Assembly: GCA_963931065.1 (NCBI GenBank)
Contig: OZ006970.1
Span: 934,903 to 998,902 of the forward strand
DNA from: an uncultured Bacilli bacterium
GTDB lineage: Bacteria; Bacillota_I; Bacilli_A; RF39; UBA660
DNA: 64,000 bases
Direction: 5' to 3'
In this document: in pieces, positions 11,696-21,695 of the stretch
Position numbering within the stretch: position 1 is the stretch's first letter
Layout of the letters: every line of letters starts with the position of its first letter
Notes under the pieces: model-generated
Seen by the model: only the letters and a program-made list of their open reading frames with translations
Databases searched by the model: none
Told to the model about the DNA's origin: nothing
Made by a program: the position numbers and the translations under genes

Positions 11696-13004
11696 GAAGT
11701 TCCTTTATTTAACTAAAGTTAGTTTAAGAAAAAAGTTAAAAACTAAATGGTTTGTTATTACAAATATAATACTTGCAGTAGCGATTATTCTTCTTTTAAA
11801 TATAAATTCTATTGTAACTTTTTTTGGAGGAGATTTTGATAGTAAGACTAATATAATAGTTGTAGATAATAATACTAATAGTTATGAATTATTTAAACAA
11901 AACATAGAAAGTTATTCTAATAGTTTAAATAGTGATGAGGATGAAGTAAAAGTAACAGTTAAAAGTAGTAAAAAAGATGTTAAAAAATTAAAAGATGAAT
12001 TAAAAGATGATGAGATATTAGTAGAGTTAAATAGTGATAATAAAGAATATTTGAAAGCGAAAGTTACATCTAATGAGAAAATAGATACTATAACTTATCA
12101 AGTTATTTCTCAGAGCCTAAACTCTACTAAGACTACTATTGGTATGGCTATTAATAATATAGATGCTATTACTTTAAATAATATTTCTAGTCCTATTACA
12201 ATAGATAGAGTAGTACTTAATGAAAAAAATAGTGTTGATGAAAATTTAGATCTTATTATGAGTAGTGTCTTTCCAACAATTATTTTACCGTTTTTTATGT
12301 TAACAATGGTATTAATACAAATGGTAGGAGGAGAAATATGTGAAGAAAAAACAACTCGTAGTATGGAAATAATTATTTCTAATGTTTCTCCTAAGCAACA
12401 TTTAATGTCTAAAATACTTGCTAGTAATATCTTTGTTATTTTACAGGGGTTACTCTTAGTAATTTATGCAGTTATAGGCTTTTTAATAAGTACTAATATG
12501 TTAAGTAGTAAAATGGCTCTACCAGTTGAAGTTACATCTATCTTTGATAGTTTAATATCAAGTGGTTTTCTTGAAAAGTTAGTTTATGTAATACCACTAA
12601 CTTTAGTACTAATAGTATTGTCATTCTTAGCATACTCAATAGTAGCAGGAATCCTTGCTTCAATGACTGTTAATATGGAGGACTTTTCACAGTTACAAAC
12701 ACCATTATTATTTCTATCTTTGGGAGGATATTATTTAGCCATGATGGCAGGTATGTTTAATGGTTCTATTTTAATTAGAATACTTTCATATGTACCTTTC
12801 TTATCATCATTTGTTAGTCCTAGTCTTTATATGATGGGAGAAATAGGTTTAGTAGATATAGTTATTTCTATTATAGTTTTAATTATCTTTATTTATTTAA
12901 TATTACATTTTGGTCTTAGAGTATATAAAGTAGGAATACTTAATTATTCTAATGAGAAGGTATGGAGTAAATTCTTTAAGGCTTTTAAAAGTAAAGATGT
13001 TTAA
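11688..13004 (+). CDS. ABC-2 family transporter permease
   Basis: N-terminal TM helix, large extracytoplasmic domain, then 5 TM helices; translationally coupled to the ATPase. Confidence 0.7.
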   Translation: MNKKFLYLTKVSLRKKLKTKWFVITNIILAVAIILLLNINSIVTFFGGDFDSKTNIIVVDNNTNSYELFKQNIESYSNSLNSDEDEVKVTVKSSKKDVKKLKDELKDDEILVELNSDNKEYLKAKVTSNEKIDTITYQVISQSLNSTKTTIGMAINNIDAITLNNISSPITIDRVVLNEKNSVDENLDLIMSSVFPTIILPFFMLTMVLIQMVGGEICEEKTTRSMEIIISNVSPKQHLMSKILASNIFVILQGLLLVIYAVIGFLISTNMLSSKMALPVEVTSIFDSLISSGFLEKLVYVIPLTLVLIVLSFLAYSIVAGILASMTVNMEDFSQLQTPLLFLSLGGYYLAMMAGMFNGSILIRILSYVPFLSSFVSPSLYMMGEIGLVDIVISIIVLIIFIYLILHFGLRVYKVGILNYSNEKVWSKFFKAFKSKDV

Positions 13005-13015
13005 TATTATGTACT

Positions 13016-13046
13016 CAAAGTCACTTCTAATCTAGGAAGTGATTTT
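13016..13046 (+). terminator. Rho-independent terminator
   Basis: TCACTTC...GAAGTGA hairpin followed by TTTTT. Confidence 0.6.
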
Positions 13047-13133
13047 TATTATATTTTTAAAAGTTATTTCATTTTTGCGAAATAACTTTACAAGTTACTA
13101 AAATAAGAATAAACTATGTATAGGTGATGAAAA

Positions 13134-14327
13134 ATGTTAAAGAGGGAAACTTATTTATCAAGAATTAGAGGTTTCTATAAATCTGATTTAGTTAAAATAT
13201 TAGTAGGTATTAGGAGATGTGGTAAATCTGTAATTCTTAAACAAATAGTGGATGAACTTAAAGAGATGAAAGTTACTGAAGATCATATTATATATGTTAA
13301 TTTTGAACTTGTTGAATATGAAGATTTAAGAGATTATAAAAAATTAAATAAATATATTAAAGATAAAATAAAGGATGATAAAATTTATTATGTATTTTTA
13401 GATGAAATACAAAGAGTTGAAAAGTTTGAGTTAGTTGTTAACTCACTACGTGCCTCACTTTCTAATGTAAGTATCTTTATAACTGGATCTAATAGTAAAC
13501 TTTTATCTAATGAACTTTCTACGGTATTATCGGGTAGATATGTTTTATTTAATATTTATCCTTTGAGTTATAAGGAATTTACAGAATTATCTTTAAAAGA
13601 CCCTAAGAGTGAAGAAACATTTTGGAATTTTGTAAAGTGGGGAGGGTTACCTAACAGAGTAGAGTTTACTGATGAAGTTAACATAAAAGATTATCTTCAT
13701 AGTGTATTTGATTCTATTATTTTAAGAGATGTAGTAGAAAGATTAGGACTTAAGGATATAGTTTTATTTAATTTATTATTACAATATATTATTGACACTA
13801 CAGGAAGAAAATTTTCTGCTGATAATGTTATAAAGTTTTTAAAGAGTAAAGGAAGAAGTGTTTCTACTGAAACTTTATATATTTATTTGGATGCTCTTTG
13901 TAAGGCTTTAATAATTAATAAAATTTATAGATATGATATTCATGGTAAAGCAATTTTAAAAACTTTAAATAAGTATTATATGACTGATTTAGGAATAGCA
14001 CAGATAAAGAATAATAACTTTGAAATAAATAAAACTTTTGCTATAGAAAACGTTGTATATAATGAATTATTAGAAAGAGGATATGATGTATATATAGGAA
14101 AAACTAAAAAAGGAGAAATAGATTTTATTGCCACTAAAACTGATGAAAAAATTTATTTTCAAGTAACTTACTTACTAGATAGTGATAAGGTAATAGAAAG
14201 AGAATTTGGGGCATTTAAAGATGTAAATGAAGATGTCCCTAAGTATATATTGTCTTTAGATAAAAAAGATTTGTCAAAAGATGGAATTATACATAAAAAC
14301 ATAATAGATTGGTTACTAGAAAAATAA
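13134..14327 (+). CDS. AAA-family ATPase with DUF4143 (AAA_14-type) domain
   Basis: Walker A 'GIRRCGKS' and Walker B 'VFLDEIQ'; architecture matches the DUF4143 ATPase family. Confidence 0.7.
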   Translation: MLKRETYLSRIRGFYKSDLVKILVGIRRCGKSVILKQIVDELKEMKVTEDHIIYVNFELVEYEDLRDYKKLNKYIKDKIKDDKIYYVFLDEIQRVEKFELVVNSLRASLSNVSIFITGSNSKLLSNELSTVLSGRYVLFNIYPLSYKEFTELSLKDPKSEETFWNFVKWGGLPNRVEFTDEVNIKDYLHSVFDSIILRDVVERLGLKDIVLFNLLLQYIIDTTGRKFSADNVIKFLKSKGRSVSTETLYIYLDALCKALIINKIYRYDIHGKAILKTLNKYYMTDLGIAQIKNNNFEINKTFAIENVVYNELLERGYDVYIGKTKKGEIDFIATKTDEKIYFQVTYLLDSDKVIEREFGAFKDVNEDVPKYILSLDKKDLSKDGIIHKNIIDWLLEK

Positions 14328-14456
14328 ATACCCATTACGGAAAACAAGCCGAAATGGCAAAAATTCGTAATGGAGAGAATATGGAAATACAAAGTGATTA
14401 TTATCTAAAAAGTAATGCTGTTAATAAAAATTATATAGATGATAGCTCATACTATT

Positions 14457-14484
14457 AAGACGAAATAACTCTCGTCTTTTTCTT
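14457..14484 (+). terminator. Rho-independent terminator
   Basis: AAGACGA...TCGTCTT hairpin followed by TTTTC. Confidence 0.6.
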
Positions 14485-14527
14485 TATAATTATTTAATTC
14501 TGTGATAGACTAATTATAGAAGGATTG

Positions 14528-15448
14528 ATGAAGATGAAGAAAGTTGTAATTATAGGTTGTGGTAATGTAGGACTTGAGTATTTAAAGAAGCTTTGCTTAA
14601 CTGATATGACTCTTGATATTAGTTTAATTGATATAGATGAAGAAAAACTTGAAGGGGAGATACTCGATTTAGAACATTCTTTAATCTATAGAAATTGTAA
14701 TATTAATATAAAACTTGGTAATTATAGTGATTGTGATAATGCAGATATAGTTGTAATAACTGCAGGTGTTCCACAGTCTACTAATGATAGAATGGCTGAT
14801 TTAAAGAAAGCTAATGAAATTATAGTAGATATTACTAATAATCTTAGAGAAACTTCTTTTAAAGGTATTATCTTAGTCGCTTGTAATCCAGTAGACGTTA
14901 TAACAGAACTTATCGCTCATTATACAGATTATTCTTATAATAAAGTGATAGGTACAGGTTGTATGTTAGATACAGCAAGACTAAAGTCTTTAATTAGTAA
15001 AAAGATTAAAGTAAAAGCTAGTGATATAAATGTCTATGTTTTAGGAGAACATGGCAATAGTCAGTTTGTCGCTTGGAGTAATGCTAATATAGGTTTAGAA
15101 AACTTAAGTCAATATTTATCACTTGATGAAAAGTTAGAGTTAGAAGATAAAACAAAACATATGGGTGGATTTATCGTTAAACATAAAGGTTATACTAGTG
15201 ATGGAGTAGCAATGTGTTTATTAGAACTTACCTTATGTATCCTTAATGATTTAAAGAAAGTCTATCCAGTATCAAATTATAATACAACCTATGATGTATA
15301 TCTTTCAACCCCATGTATTATAGGAAAAAACGGTATAGAAAAAGTTATTAATATTAAATTAACTACTGAAGAGAAAGAAAAATTAGAAGAATCGAGTGAA
15401 GTAATTAGTGAAGCTCTTGATAGAATCTTACCAAAGGAGTTGTATTAG
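14528..15448 (+). CDS. ldh: L-lactate dehydrogenase
   Basis: 'KVVIIGCGNVG' NAD fold, 'VVITAG' and LDH-like catalytic region; ATG 14528 after GAAGGA. Confidence 0.8.
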   Translation: MKMKKVVIIGCGNVGLEYLKKLCLTDMTLDISLIDIDEEKLEGEILDLEHSLIYRNCNINIKLGNYSDCDNADIVVITAGVPQSTNDRMADLKKANEIIVDITNNLRETSFKGIILVACNPVDVITELIAHYTDYSYNKVIGTGCMLDTARLKSLISKKIKVKASDINVYVLGEHGNSQFVAWSNANIGLENLSQYLSLDEKLELEDKTKHMGGFIVKHKGYTSDGVAMCLLELTLCILNDLKKVYPVSNYNTTYDVYLSTPCIIGKNGIEKVINIKLTTEEKEKLEESSEVISEALDRILPKELY

Positions 15449-15450
15449 TA

Positions 15451-15789
15451 ATGAGTAATTATATTTTTTTAGTAATTATTTTCTTATTTATGGCCATAGA
15501 AGCAACTAGTGCTTATAAGTTTTTTAGACTAAAGAAAATTAAAATAGGTATATTTTCTACTATTTATTTTCTTATTACTTTAATACTTACTTTAAGCTAC
15601 TTTAAAAGTCGTAATATAACAGTTGAAAATGAATTAGAAAGTCTTATAAATGGAATTACAGACTTTAATTTATTTGCTATCATAATTCTTATACTTAATA
15701 TTTCTATGATTATAATTAGTACAATTAGTTATGTTAAAGTAATATTATTAACTAAAGAAATAAACAAGAAAAAAGAGGAAAAATTATAA
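15451..15789 (+). CDS. Small membrane protein (3 TM helices)
   Basis: Hydrophobic 112-aa ORF, tightly coupled to ldh. Confidence 0.4.
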   Translation: MSNYIFLVIIFLFMAIEATSAYKFFRLKKIKIGIFSTIYFLITLILTLSYFKSRNITVENELESLINGITDFNLFAIIILILNISMIIISTISYVKVILLTKEINKKKEEKL

Positions 15790-17112
15790 AAGTTCTTCCT
15801 CTTTTTGTTCTTCATCAATTGTTATAGATTTAGATTCTACTTTATTATCTTTATCTTGTAATGTATTACTTGTATCATTTTCTTTATACTTAATACCTCT
15901 AATCTTACAATAAATATCTAAATCATCATCAACATCAATTATCTTATATATCTCATCAAATGTAGTATGACCATCTAATACTTTTAATAATCCATCTTGG
16001 AGCATAGTAATAACATCTGATGTATAAACCATCTTATTTAAATCCTCTTTTTCTAGATTTTCTTCATTTAAAGCATTTCTAATTTCATCATTAATCATTA
16101 ATACTTCTTGAATGGCAATACGACCATGGTATCCTTTATTACATTTCTCACAACCATCAGGATTAGCATTATATATATAATCTACATCTTTACCTAAAGC
16201 TAACTTAAATACTTTTTTCTGATAAGGTGTAGTTTTCTCTTTTATATGACAATGTGGACATACCATTTTAGCAAGCTTTTGAGAAATAATACCTGATAAG
16301 GCACTTGATAATAAATATCTTTCTACATTCATATCAAGTAATCTTTCAATAGTACTTAAAGAGTTATTAGTATGAATTGTTGATAGAACTAAATGTCCTG
16401 TAATAGAAGCACGCACAGCGATTTTAGCAGTTTCGCTATCACGAATCTCACCAATTAAGATAACATTTGGATCTTGTCTTAAAATAGATCTTAAAACAGT
16501 TGCAAAGTCAAGTCCAATTTCACTATTTACTTGAACTTGATTTAAGCCTTCAAGATTCATTTCTATTGGGTCTTCAACAGTAATAATATTAGTTTCTTTT
16601 TTATTTAAAACTTGTAAAATAGAGTAAACTGTAGTACTTTTACCAGAACCAGTCGCTCCTGTTATTAAAATAATACCATTAGGTTCTTCTATCATCTTCT
16701 TTAGTTTTTTAAAGTTATCTTCATTAAATCCAAGAGCATCTAATCCTTCAAGACTCCTAGAATAATCAAGAATACGGATAACACATTTTTCTCCTTCATT
16801 AGTAGGTAGAGTAGATACACGAGTTTCTAGATTAATACCTTTGATAGTTCCCTTAATAGATCCATCTTGAGGTAGCCTACTTTCAGTAATATTCATATTA
16901 GCGATAAGCTTTATTCTTGTTATTAAATTTCTTTCATAAATTTTAGGAATCTGTGTATAATCTTGTAAATCACCATCGATTCTAATTCTTACCATTAAAC
17001 AATCTTCTCTTGGATCAAAATGAATATCACTAGCTCCTGCATTAGATGCATAAGCGATAATATCATCAACAACATTAACGATAGGCGTTTTTGTTATGTC
17101 ATATGTTACCAA
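15784..17112 (-). CDS. Type II/IV secretion ATPase (PilB/GspE/ComGA-like)
   Basis: Walker A 'GATGSGKST', Asp/His boxes and a tetracysteine motif (CPHC...CEKC). Confidence 0.9.
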   Translation of the reverse strand: MVTYDITKTPIVNVVDDIIAYASNAGASDIHFDPREDCLMVRIRIDGDLQDYTQIPKIYERNLITRIKLIANMNITESRLPQDGSIKGTIKGINLETRVSTLPTNEGEKCVIRILDYSRSLEGLDALGFNEDNFKKLKKMIEEPNGIILITGATGSGKSTTVYSILQVLNKKETNIITVEDPIEMNLEGLNQVQVNSEIGLDFATVLRSILRQDPNVILIGEIRDSETAKIAVRASITGHLVLSTIHTNNSLSTIERLLDMNVERYLLSSALSGIISQKLAKMVCPHCHIKEKTTPYQKKVFKLALGKDVDYIYNANPDGCEKCNKGYHGRIAIQEVLMINDEIRNALNEENLEKEDLNKMVYTSDVITMLQDGLLKVLDGHTTFDEIYKIIDVDDDLDIYCKIRGIKYKENDTSNTLQDKDNKVESKSITIDEEQKEEELL

Positions 17113-17196
17113 AGTATCAACCCCTTTACTTTCTTCTTTTATTCTACTATAATATATTATATAGTAATAATAGCCTAATTACAAGAGGAGTTTAGA

Positions 17197-17739
17197 ATGA
17201 AAAAAACAAAAATAGTAAATAAAAATGGATTTATTTTAGTAGAAACCTTAATAGTTGGTGTTTTTATTGTTGGCATTTTTTCTTTACTTTATACTAATTT
17301 TTTCCCTCTTATTGGAGAATATGAAAGATATAAAGACTATGATACAGTTGAATCTACATATATCGCTCACTGGGCTCGTATAATAGCTTTAAAAGGTCTT
17401 CCTGATAGTAGTTATAATACTGCTAGAACTAATGGATATCTTGATATTAGTAATTGTAGTTTATATGCTAATTCTGATGGTGTATCATCTTGTTCAGCTT
17501 TTGTTATTATGAATAACATCTCAAAGATATATTTAACACCTTATTCTACAGTTAGTTTTAAAAATTTTGTAAAAGATAATAATAGTTTTAGTAGAAGTTT
17601 TAGAGAATATATTTCTTATTTACCAACATATAGTAAGAATAATAGTAAGACCCCTACTACAGGTTATTATAGAATAATTGTAGAATATGTTTCAAATGAT
17701 ACATATAAATATGGGAACATTGAGTTATACAAGAAATAG
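17197..17739 (+). CDS. Type IV prepilin-like protein
   Basis: Class III signal peptide 'KNG|FILVETLIV' (Gly at -1, Glu at +5). Confidence 0.75.
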   Translation: MKKTKIVNKNGFILVETLIVGVFIVGIFSLLYTNFFPLIGEYERYKDYDTVESTYIAHWARIIALKGLPDSSYNTARTNGYLDISNCSLYANSDGVSSCSAFVIMNNISKIYLTPYSTVSFKNFVKDNNSFSRSFREYISYLPTYSKNNSKTPTTGYYRIIVEYVSNDTYKYGNIELYKK

Positions 17740-18255
17740 GTGATAAGAATGAGAATTAATAATAAAGGCATAACTTCTGTAGAGTTATTAGTATGTTTTA
17801 TAATTGTATCAACAATAGTCGCTAGTATGTATAGTTTAATACTTAGTTATCGTAATAGAGAACAGATAGAAGAAGTTAATAATGAAGTAGTTTCTTTTAG
17901 TAATACTTTACAAAGAGATATTCAAAAAGATTTAGTAAATGGTCACTTAGTTAATGTTACTAATGTAAGTGCTGATGGACATAGTGCAACTTTAACATTT
18001 GATAATCCTTTTAATTATACAACTACTCTTACTATAAAACCAAATGAAGGAGTTATTAGTTATGGTAAAAGTAGTGATGTAATTGATTATAAAATACCTG
18101 GAATTACTGATTTAATGTTAAGCCCTGATTCTAAAATTGAATATATTCCTGCTACTAATGGTTATTTAAAAATAACAATAATTTTAACTCATCCAAATTT
18201 TAAAAATAGCATATATTCTTTTATGATAAATGCTCCCGTTAATTATATATATTAA
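17740..18255 (+). CDS. Type IV prepilin-like (pseudopilin / ComGC-like) protein
   Basis: Class III signal peptide 'NKG|ITSVELLV' (Glu at +5). Confidence 0.7.
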   Translation: MIRMRINNKGITSVELLVCFIIVSTIVASMYSLILSYRNREQIEEVNNEVVSFSNTLQRDIQKDLVNGHLVNVTNVSADGHSATLTFDNPFNYTTTLTIKPNEGVISYGKSSDVIDYKIPGITDLMLSPDSKIEYIPATNGYLKITIILTHPNFKNSIYSFMINAPVNYIY

Positions 18256-19163
18256 AACAAAATATAAATAACTAAAGCGATAGATGTTTCTATAATTCTA
18301 CCTATAAAGAAGTATTTATAATCTATATCTACTTCTTTTATATTATTTAAGACTTGTAAATGAACTGAGAAACTACCAAAGGTAATAAAGGATAGGACAA
18401 GTAAACCTTTTATATAATTAGTAGTATTAATAGTATTTACCATACTAATACCACTAGTCATATCAAGAATACCTGTAATTATTGTTTCAAAAAAAGAATT
18501 TAGAGAAAGACTACTAGTAAGTAATTTACTAAATAACATAAAGAAGGCAATACTACCTAGCATAAACAAAAGAACTTTAACTGCATCATTTATCGCATTA
18601 GGTAAAGCTTCTAAAAAAGATTTACTTTGATAAGTATTTATTACTTTAGAAGAAATAATCTCTTTAGGTCTTAACATAATACCAAGTATTATGTTAGATA
18701 GTATCCCTATGATTAATATTTTATAAGCAAGAGAAACACTATTTAATATTAGACCACATGTACCTAGAACAAAAAGAGGATTAGCAAAGTGGGTAAAGGT
18801 TAAAAGATAATTAGCCGTATCTTTAGAAATACTTTTATTCTTTAAACATTCAACAATATATTTAGATCCACTAGGAAAACCCGATATAAGACTTACTAAA
18901 ATAATAAAAGAACTATTACCATCAACATGAAATAATCTTTTTATTAGAGGATTTAATTTCCTACTTATTTTAGTAGCAAGACCAAGTTCTAATGCAAGTG
19001 ATGCTAAGACAAAGAAAGGAAATATAGAAGGAAAGAGTTTAGTTTTAAAGATATTAATACTTAAAATACCACTTTCTATAATTAAAGAAGGATTAATAAA
19101 AATACTTAAGTAGAGAAATAATATAATAAGTACTGCAAATAATTCTTGATATTTTCTTTTCAT
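18252..19163 (-). CDS. Sporulation integral membrane protein YlbJ-like (nucleoside-recognition/gate-domain membrane protein)
   Basis: Polytopic membrane protein lying divergent to a ylbL-like gene, mirroring the Bacillus ylbJ–ylbL neighbourhood. Confidence 0.4.
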   Translation of the reverse strand: MKRKYQELFAVLIILFLYLSIFINPSLIIESGILSINIFKTKLFPSIFPFFVLASLALELGLATKISRKLNPLIKRLFHVDGNSSFIILVSLISGFPSGSKYIVECLKNKSISKDTANYLLTFTHFANPLFVLGTCGLILNSVSLAYKILIIGILSNIILGIMLRPKEIISSKVINTYQSKSFLEALPNAINDAVKVLLFMLGSIAFFMLFSKLLTSSLSLNSFFETIITGILDMTSGISMVNTINTTNYIKGLLVLSFITFGSFSVHLQVLNNIKEVDIDYKYFFIGRIIETSIALVIYILF

Positions 19164-19208
19164 AATATTACCTTCTTTGATATAATTTAATAGTAAAGGA
19201 ATGATTAT

Positions 19209-20228
19209 ATGCTTAATAAAGTTTACTTAAGATTAAAAGAATTTATGAAAGAATATTATAAAACTATTATTTTTTTAATAGTATGTTACTTTGTCTTTAC
19301 TTTCCCATTACCTTATTATATTTATGCTGGTGGTGGTACTATTGATATTAATGATAGGGTGGAAATAAATAATAGTGAAACAAGTTCAGGCTCTTTAAAC
19401 TTTGCATATGTAAAAGAATTAGAAGGTAATGTAGCATCATTCATCTTAGGTAATATTATTCCAAGTTATGATATAGAAAAAAAGGATAATGTATCTTTAA
19501 ATGAAGATGAGAGTAATGAAGATATAATGTTTAGAAATAAGATTTATTTAGAAAATGCTAATCAAACTGCCATAATGTTAGCATACCAAAAAGCAGAAAA
19601 AAAAGTTAGTATAAAAAGTAAACACTTTTATGTAATTTATGTAGAAGATAAAGTTGAGGATGGTCTAAGAGTAGGAGATGAACTTCTAAAAGTAAATGGT
19701 AAAGATATAGAAAATGTAGAAGATTATACTAATGAGATACAAATTCATGAAGCAGGAGAGAAGATTAAAGTAACTGTTAAAAGAGATGATAAAGAGATTG
19801 ATGTAAAAGCGACTGTTAAAGAGGGAGAAGATTACAAAGTAACAGGTATTTCTGTTAGTACTATTTATGAATATAAAACTAATCCTAAAGTAAAACTTAA
19901 TTTTAAAGATAGTGAAGGTGGGCCTAGTGGAGGTTTAATGTTAACACTTGCAATATATGATAAATTAACTAAAGGGGATTTAACTAATGGGTTAACTATT
20001 GTTGGTACTGGTACTATTAGTAGTGATGGAACTGTTGGTGAAATTGGTGGTGTTAAATATAAGTTAAATGGAGCGATAAAAGCTGATGCAGATATATTTT
20101 TAGTACCAAAGGGAGATAATTATAAAGAAGCTTTAAAAGAGAAAGAGAAACATGATTATGATATTGAAATTAAGGCAATAGGGACATTTGATGAAGCGGT
20201 AGAGTATTTAGAAAATTTAAAAAAATAA
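19209..20228 (+). CDS. YlbL-like PDZ + Lon-protease (S16) domain membrane-anchored protein
   Basis: N-terminal TM helix, PDZ-like central region (GLRVGDELLKVNG) and Lon C-terminal-like 'GGPSGGLMLTLAIYDKL'. Confidence 0.75.
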   Translation: MLNKVYLRLKEFMKEYYKTIIFLIVCYFVFTFPLPYYIYAGGGTIDINDRVEINNSETSSGSLNFAYVKELEGNVASFILGNIIPSYDIEKKDNVSLNEDESNEDIMFRNKIYLENANQTAIMLAYQKAEKKVSIKSKHFYVIYVEDKVEDGLRVGDELLKVNGKDIENVEDYTNEIQIHEAGEKIKVTVKRDDKEIDVKATVKEGEDYKVTGISVSTIYEYKTNPKVKLNFKDSEGGPSGGLMLTLAIYDKLTKGDLTNGLTIVGTGTISSDGTVGEIGGVKYKLNGAIKADADIFLVPKGDNYKEALKEKEKHDYDIEIKAIGTFDEAVEYLENLKK

Positions 20229-20265
20229 AAAGTTACCGAATGAAATAACAAAATCTCACCGAATG

Positions 20266-20340
20266 AAAGTCTTAAAAAGTGTTCATCAAAAGTCTTAAAA
20301 AATGTTCAACGGTTTTCTTAAAAAGTGTTCATCGATATTG
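20266..20340 (+). repeat. Three imperfect 19-bp direct repeats (GTCTTAAAAAGTGTTCATC-like) plus two ACCGAATGAAA repeats
   Basis: gtcttaaaaagtgttcatc, gtcttaaaaaatgttcaac and ttcttaaaaagtgttcatc within 75 bp, upstream of the DUF4143 ATPase gene. Confidence 0.6.
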
Positions 20341-20384
20341 AAAAATAGTTTAAACTATGATAAATTGGTAATAGGAGGAATATT

Positions 20385-21665
20385 ATGAGTTTAAGAGAAA
20401 AAGATTATAAAGAAAGATTAATAGATAAAAAAATAAATCGTTATTTAGAAACTTTTGGAGCGATTTTAATTGAAGGACCTAAATGGTGTGGCAAAACTTG
20501 GACTGCTTTAAATCATGCAGAAAGTGCAGTATATGTTACAGAAACCTCTGCAAAAAGACTTGCTTTAATTAATCCTAAGAATATTTTTAAAGATAAAAGA
20601 CCTCAATTGATAGATGAATGGCAAATTGTCCCTTCTATTTGGGATTCAGTAAGACATGAATGTGACAGAGGCAAAGGCCCAGGAAATTTTATATTAACAG
20701 GTTCTACAACGTTAAAAAAAGAAATGCAAGGAAAACAGGTGTATCATTCTGGAGCTGGTAGAATTGCAAGGCTTAAAATGGAAACAATGAGTCTTTATGA
20801 ATCCCTTGATTCAAGTGGTGTTGTTTCTATAACTGATATGTTAGAGAATAAGAATATTAATAAGAACACTGGAGAAGTAAAAATTAGAGAACTTGCTACT
20901 CTCTTGATAAGAGGAGGATGGCCAGAAAGTTTAAAAGTAAAAAAAGAAAATTATCCTTTAATACCAAAGAGTTATATTGACTCAATATTAAATGTAGAAC
21001 TAAACGCAGAAGATAAAGCAAGAGATAAGAATAAAATGAATATGTTATTAAAATCTTTAGCAAGAAATGAATCTACAACAGTAAGTAATAAAACTATTAT
21101 AAAAGATATTGATGAATATGAGTCTGGTAATAATATATTATCTAGCAGAACTACACTTTTAGATTATTTGGATTTTCTTGAAAGATTGCATTTAATTAAA
21201 AATCAAGAGTCATATAGTTCTAATTATCGTTCTCCAGAAAGAGTAGGTAAGTCAGTGAAAAGACATTTTGTTGATCCTTCTCTTGCTTGTTCTCTTTTAA
21301 ATCTTAATGTTGATAAATTAATAGGCGATTTAAATACATTTGGCTTTCTTTTTGAAGCACTTGTAGAAAGAGATTTAAGAATTTATATGGATTACTTAGA
21401 TGGAAAAATATATCATTTTAGAGATAATATTAGTGGTTTAGAAGTAGATACAATATTAGAGTTTGAAGATGGAGAATATGCTGCTGTTGAAATAAAACTA
21501 GGTTACAATGAAGTTGATGATGCTATTAAAAATTTAAAAGAATTTTATAATAAAATGGTAAAGAAACCTAAATTTATGTGTGTTATAGTTGGTGTTTTAG
21601 AAGCTGCTTATAAAGATCCAGATACTTCTATTTATGTAGTACCAATAACAGCTTTGAAACCATAA
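20385..21665 (+). CDS. AAA-family ATPase with DUF4143 domain (second paralogue)
   Basis: Walker A 'GPKWCGKT', Walker B 'LIDEWQ', same architecture as the 13134 gene. Confidence 0.7.
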   Translation: MSLREKDYKERLIDKKINRYLETFGAILIEGPKWCGKTWTALNHAESAVYVTETSAKRLALINPKNIFKDKRPQLIDEWQIVPSIWDSVRHECDRGKGPGNFILTGSTTLKKEMQGKQVYHSGAGRIARLKMETMSLYESLDSSGVVSITDMLENKNINKNTGEVKIRELATLLIRGGWPESLKVKKENYPLIPKSYIDSILNVELNAEDKARDKNKMNMLLKSLARNESTTVSNKTIIKDIDEYESGNNILSSRTTLLDYLDFLERLHLIKNQESYSSNYRSPERVGKSVKRHFVDPSLACSLLNLNVDKLIGDLNTFGFLFEALVERDLRIYMDYLDGKIYHFRDNISGLEVDTILEFEDGEYAAVEIKLGYNEVDDAIKNLKEFYNKMVKKPKFMCVIVGVLEAAYKDPDTSIYVVPITALKP

Positions 21666-21695
21666 GAAAAGAGATAAGTTATTTTGCTTATCTCT

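Noticed and set aside
14168-14392. Multiple short minus-strand ORFs from the track, each fully inside a plus-strand gene (14168–14392, 27103–27285, 29892–30167, 30773–30988, 36193–36390, 46393–46575, 52181–52384, 59019–59321, 62323–62505, 62883–63089)
   Set aside because: All are antisense overlaps of confidently assigned genes. They have hydrophobic low-complexity translations and no RBS, the typical shadow ORFs of AT-rich genomes.
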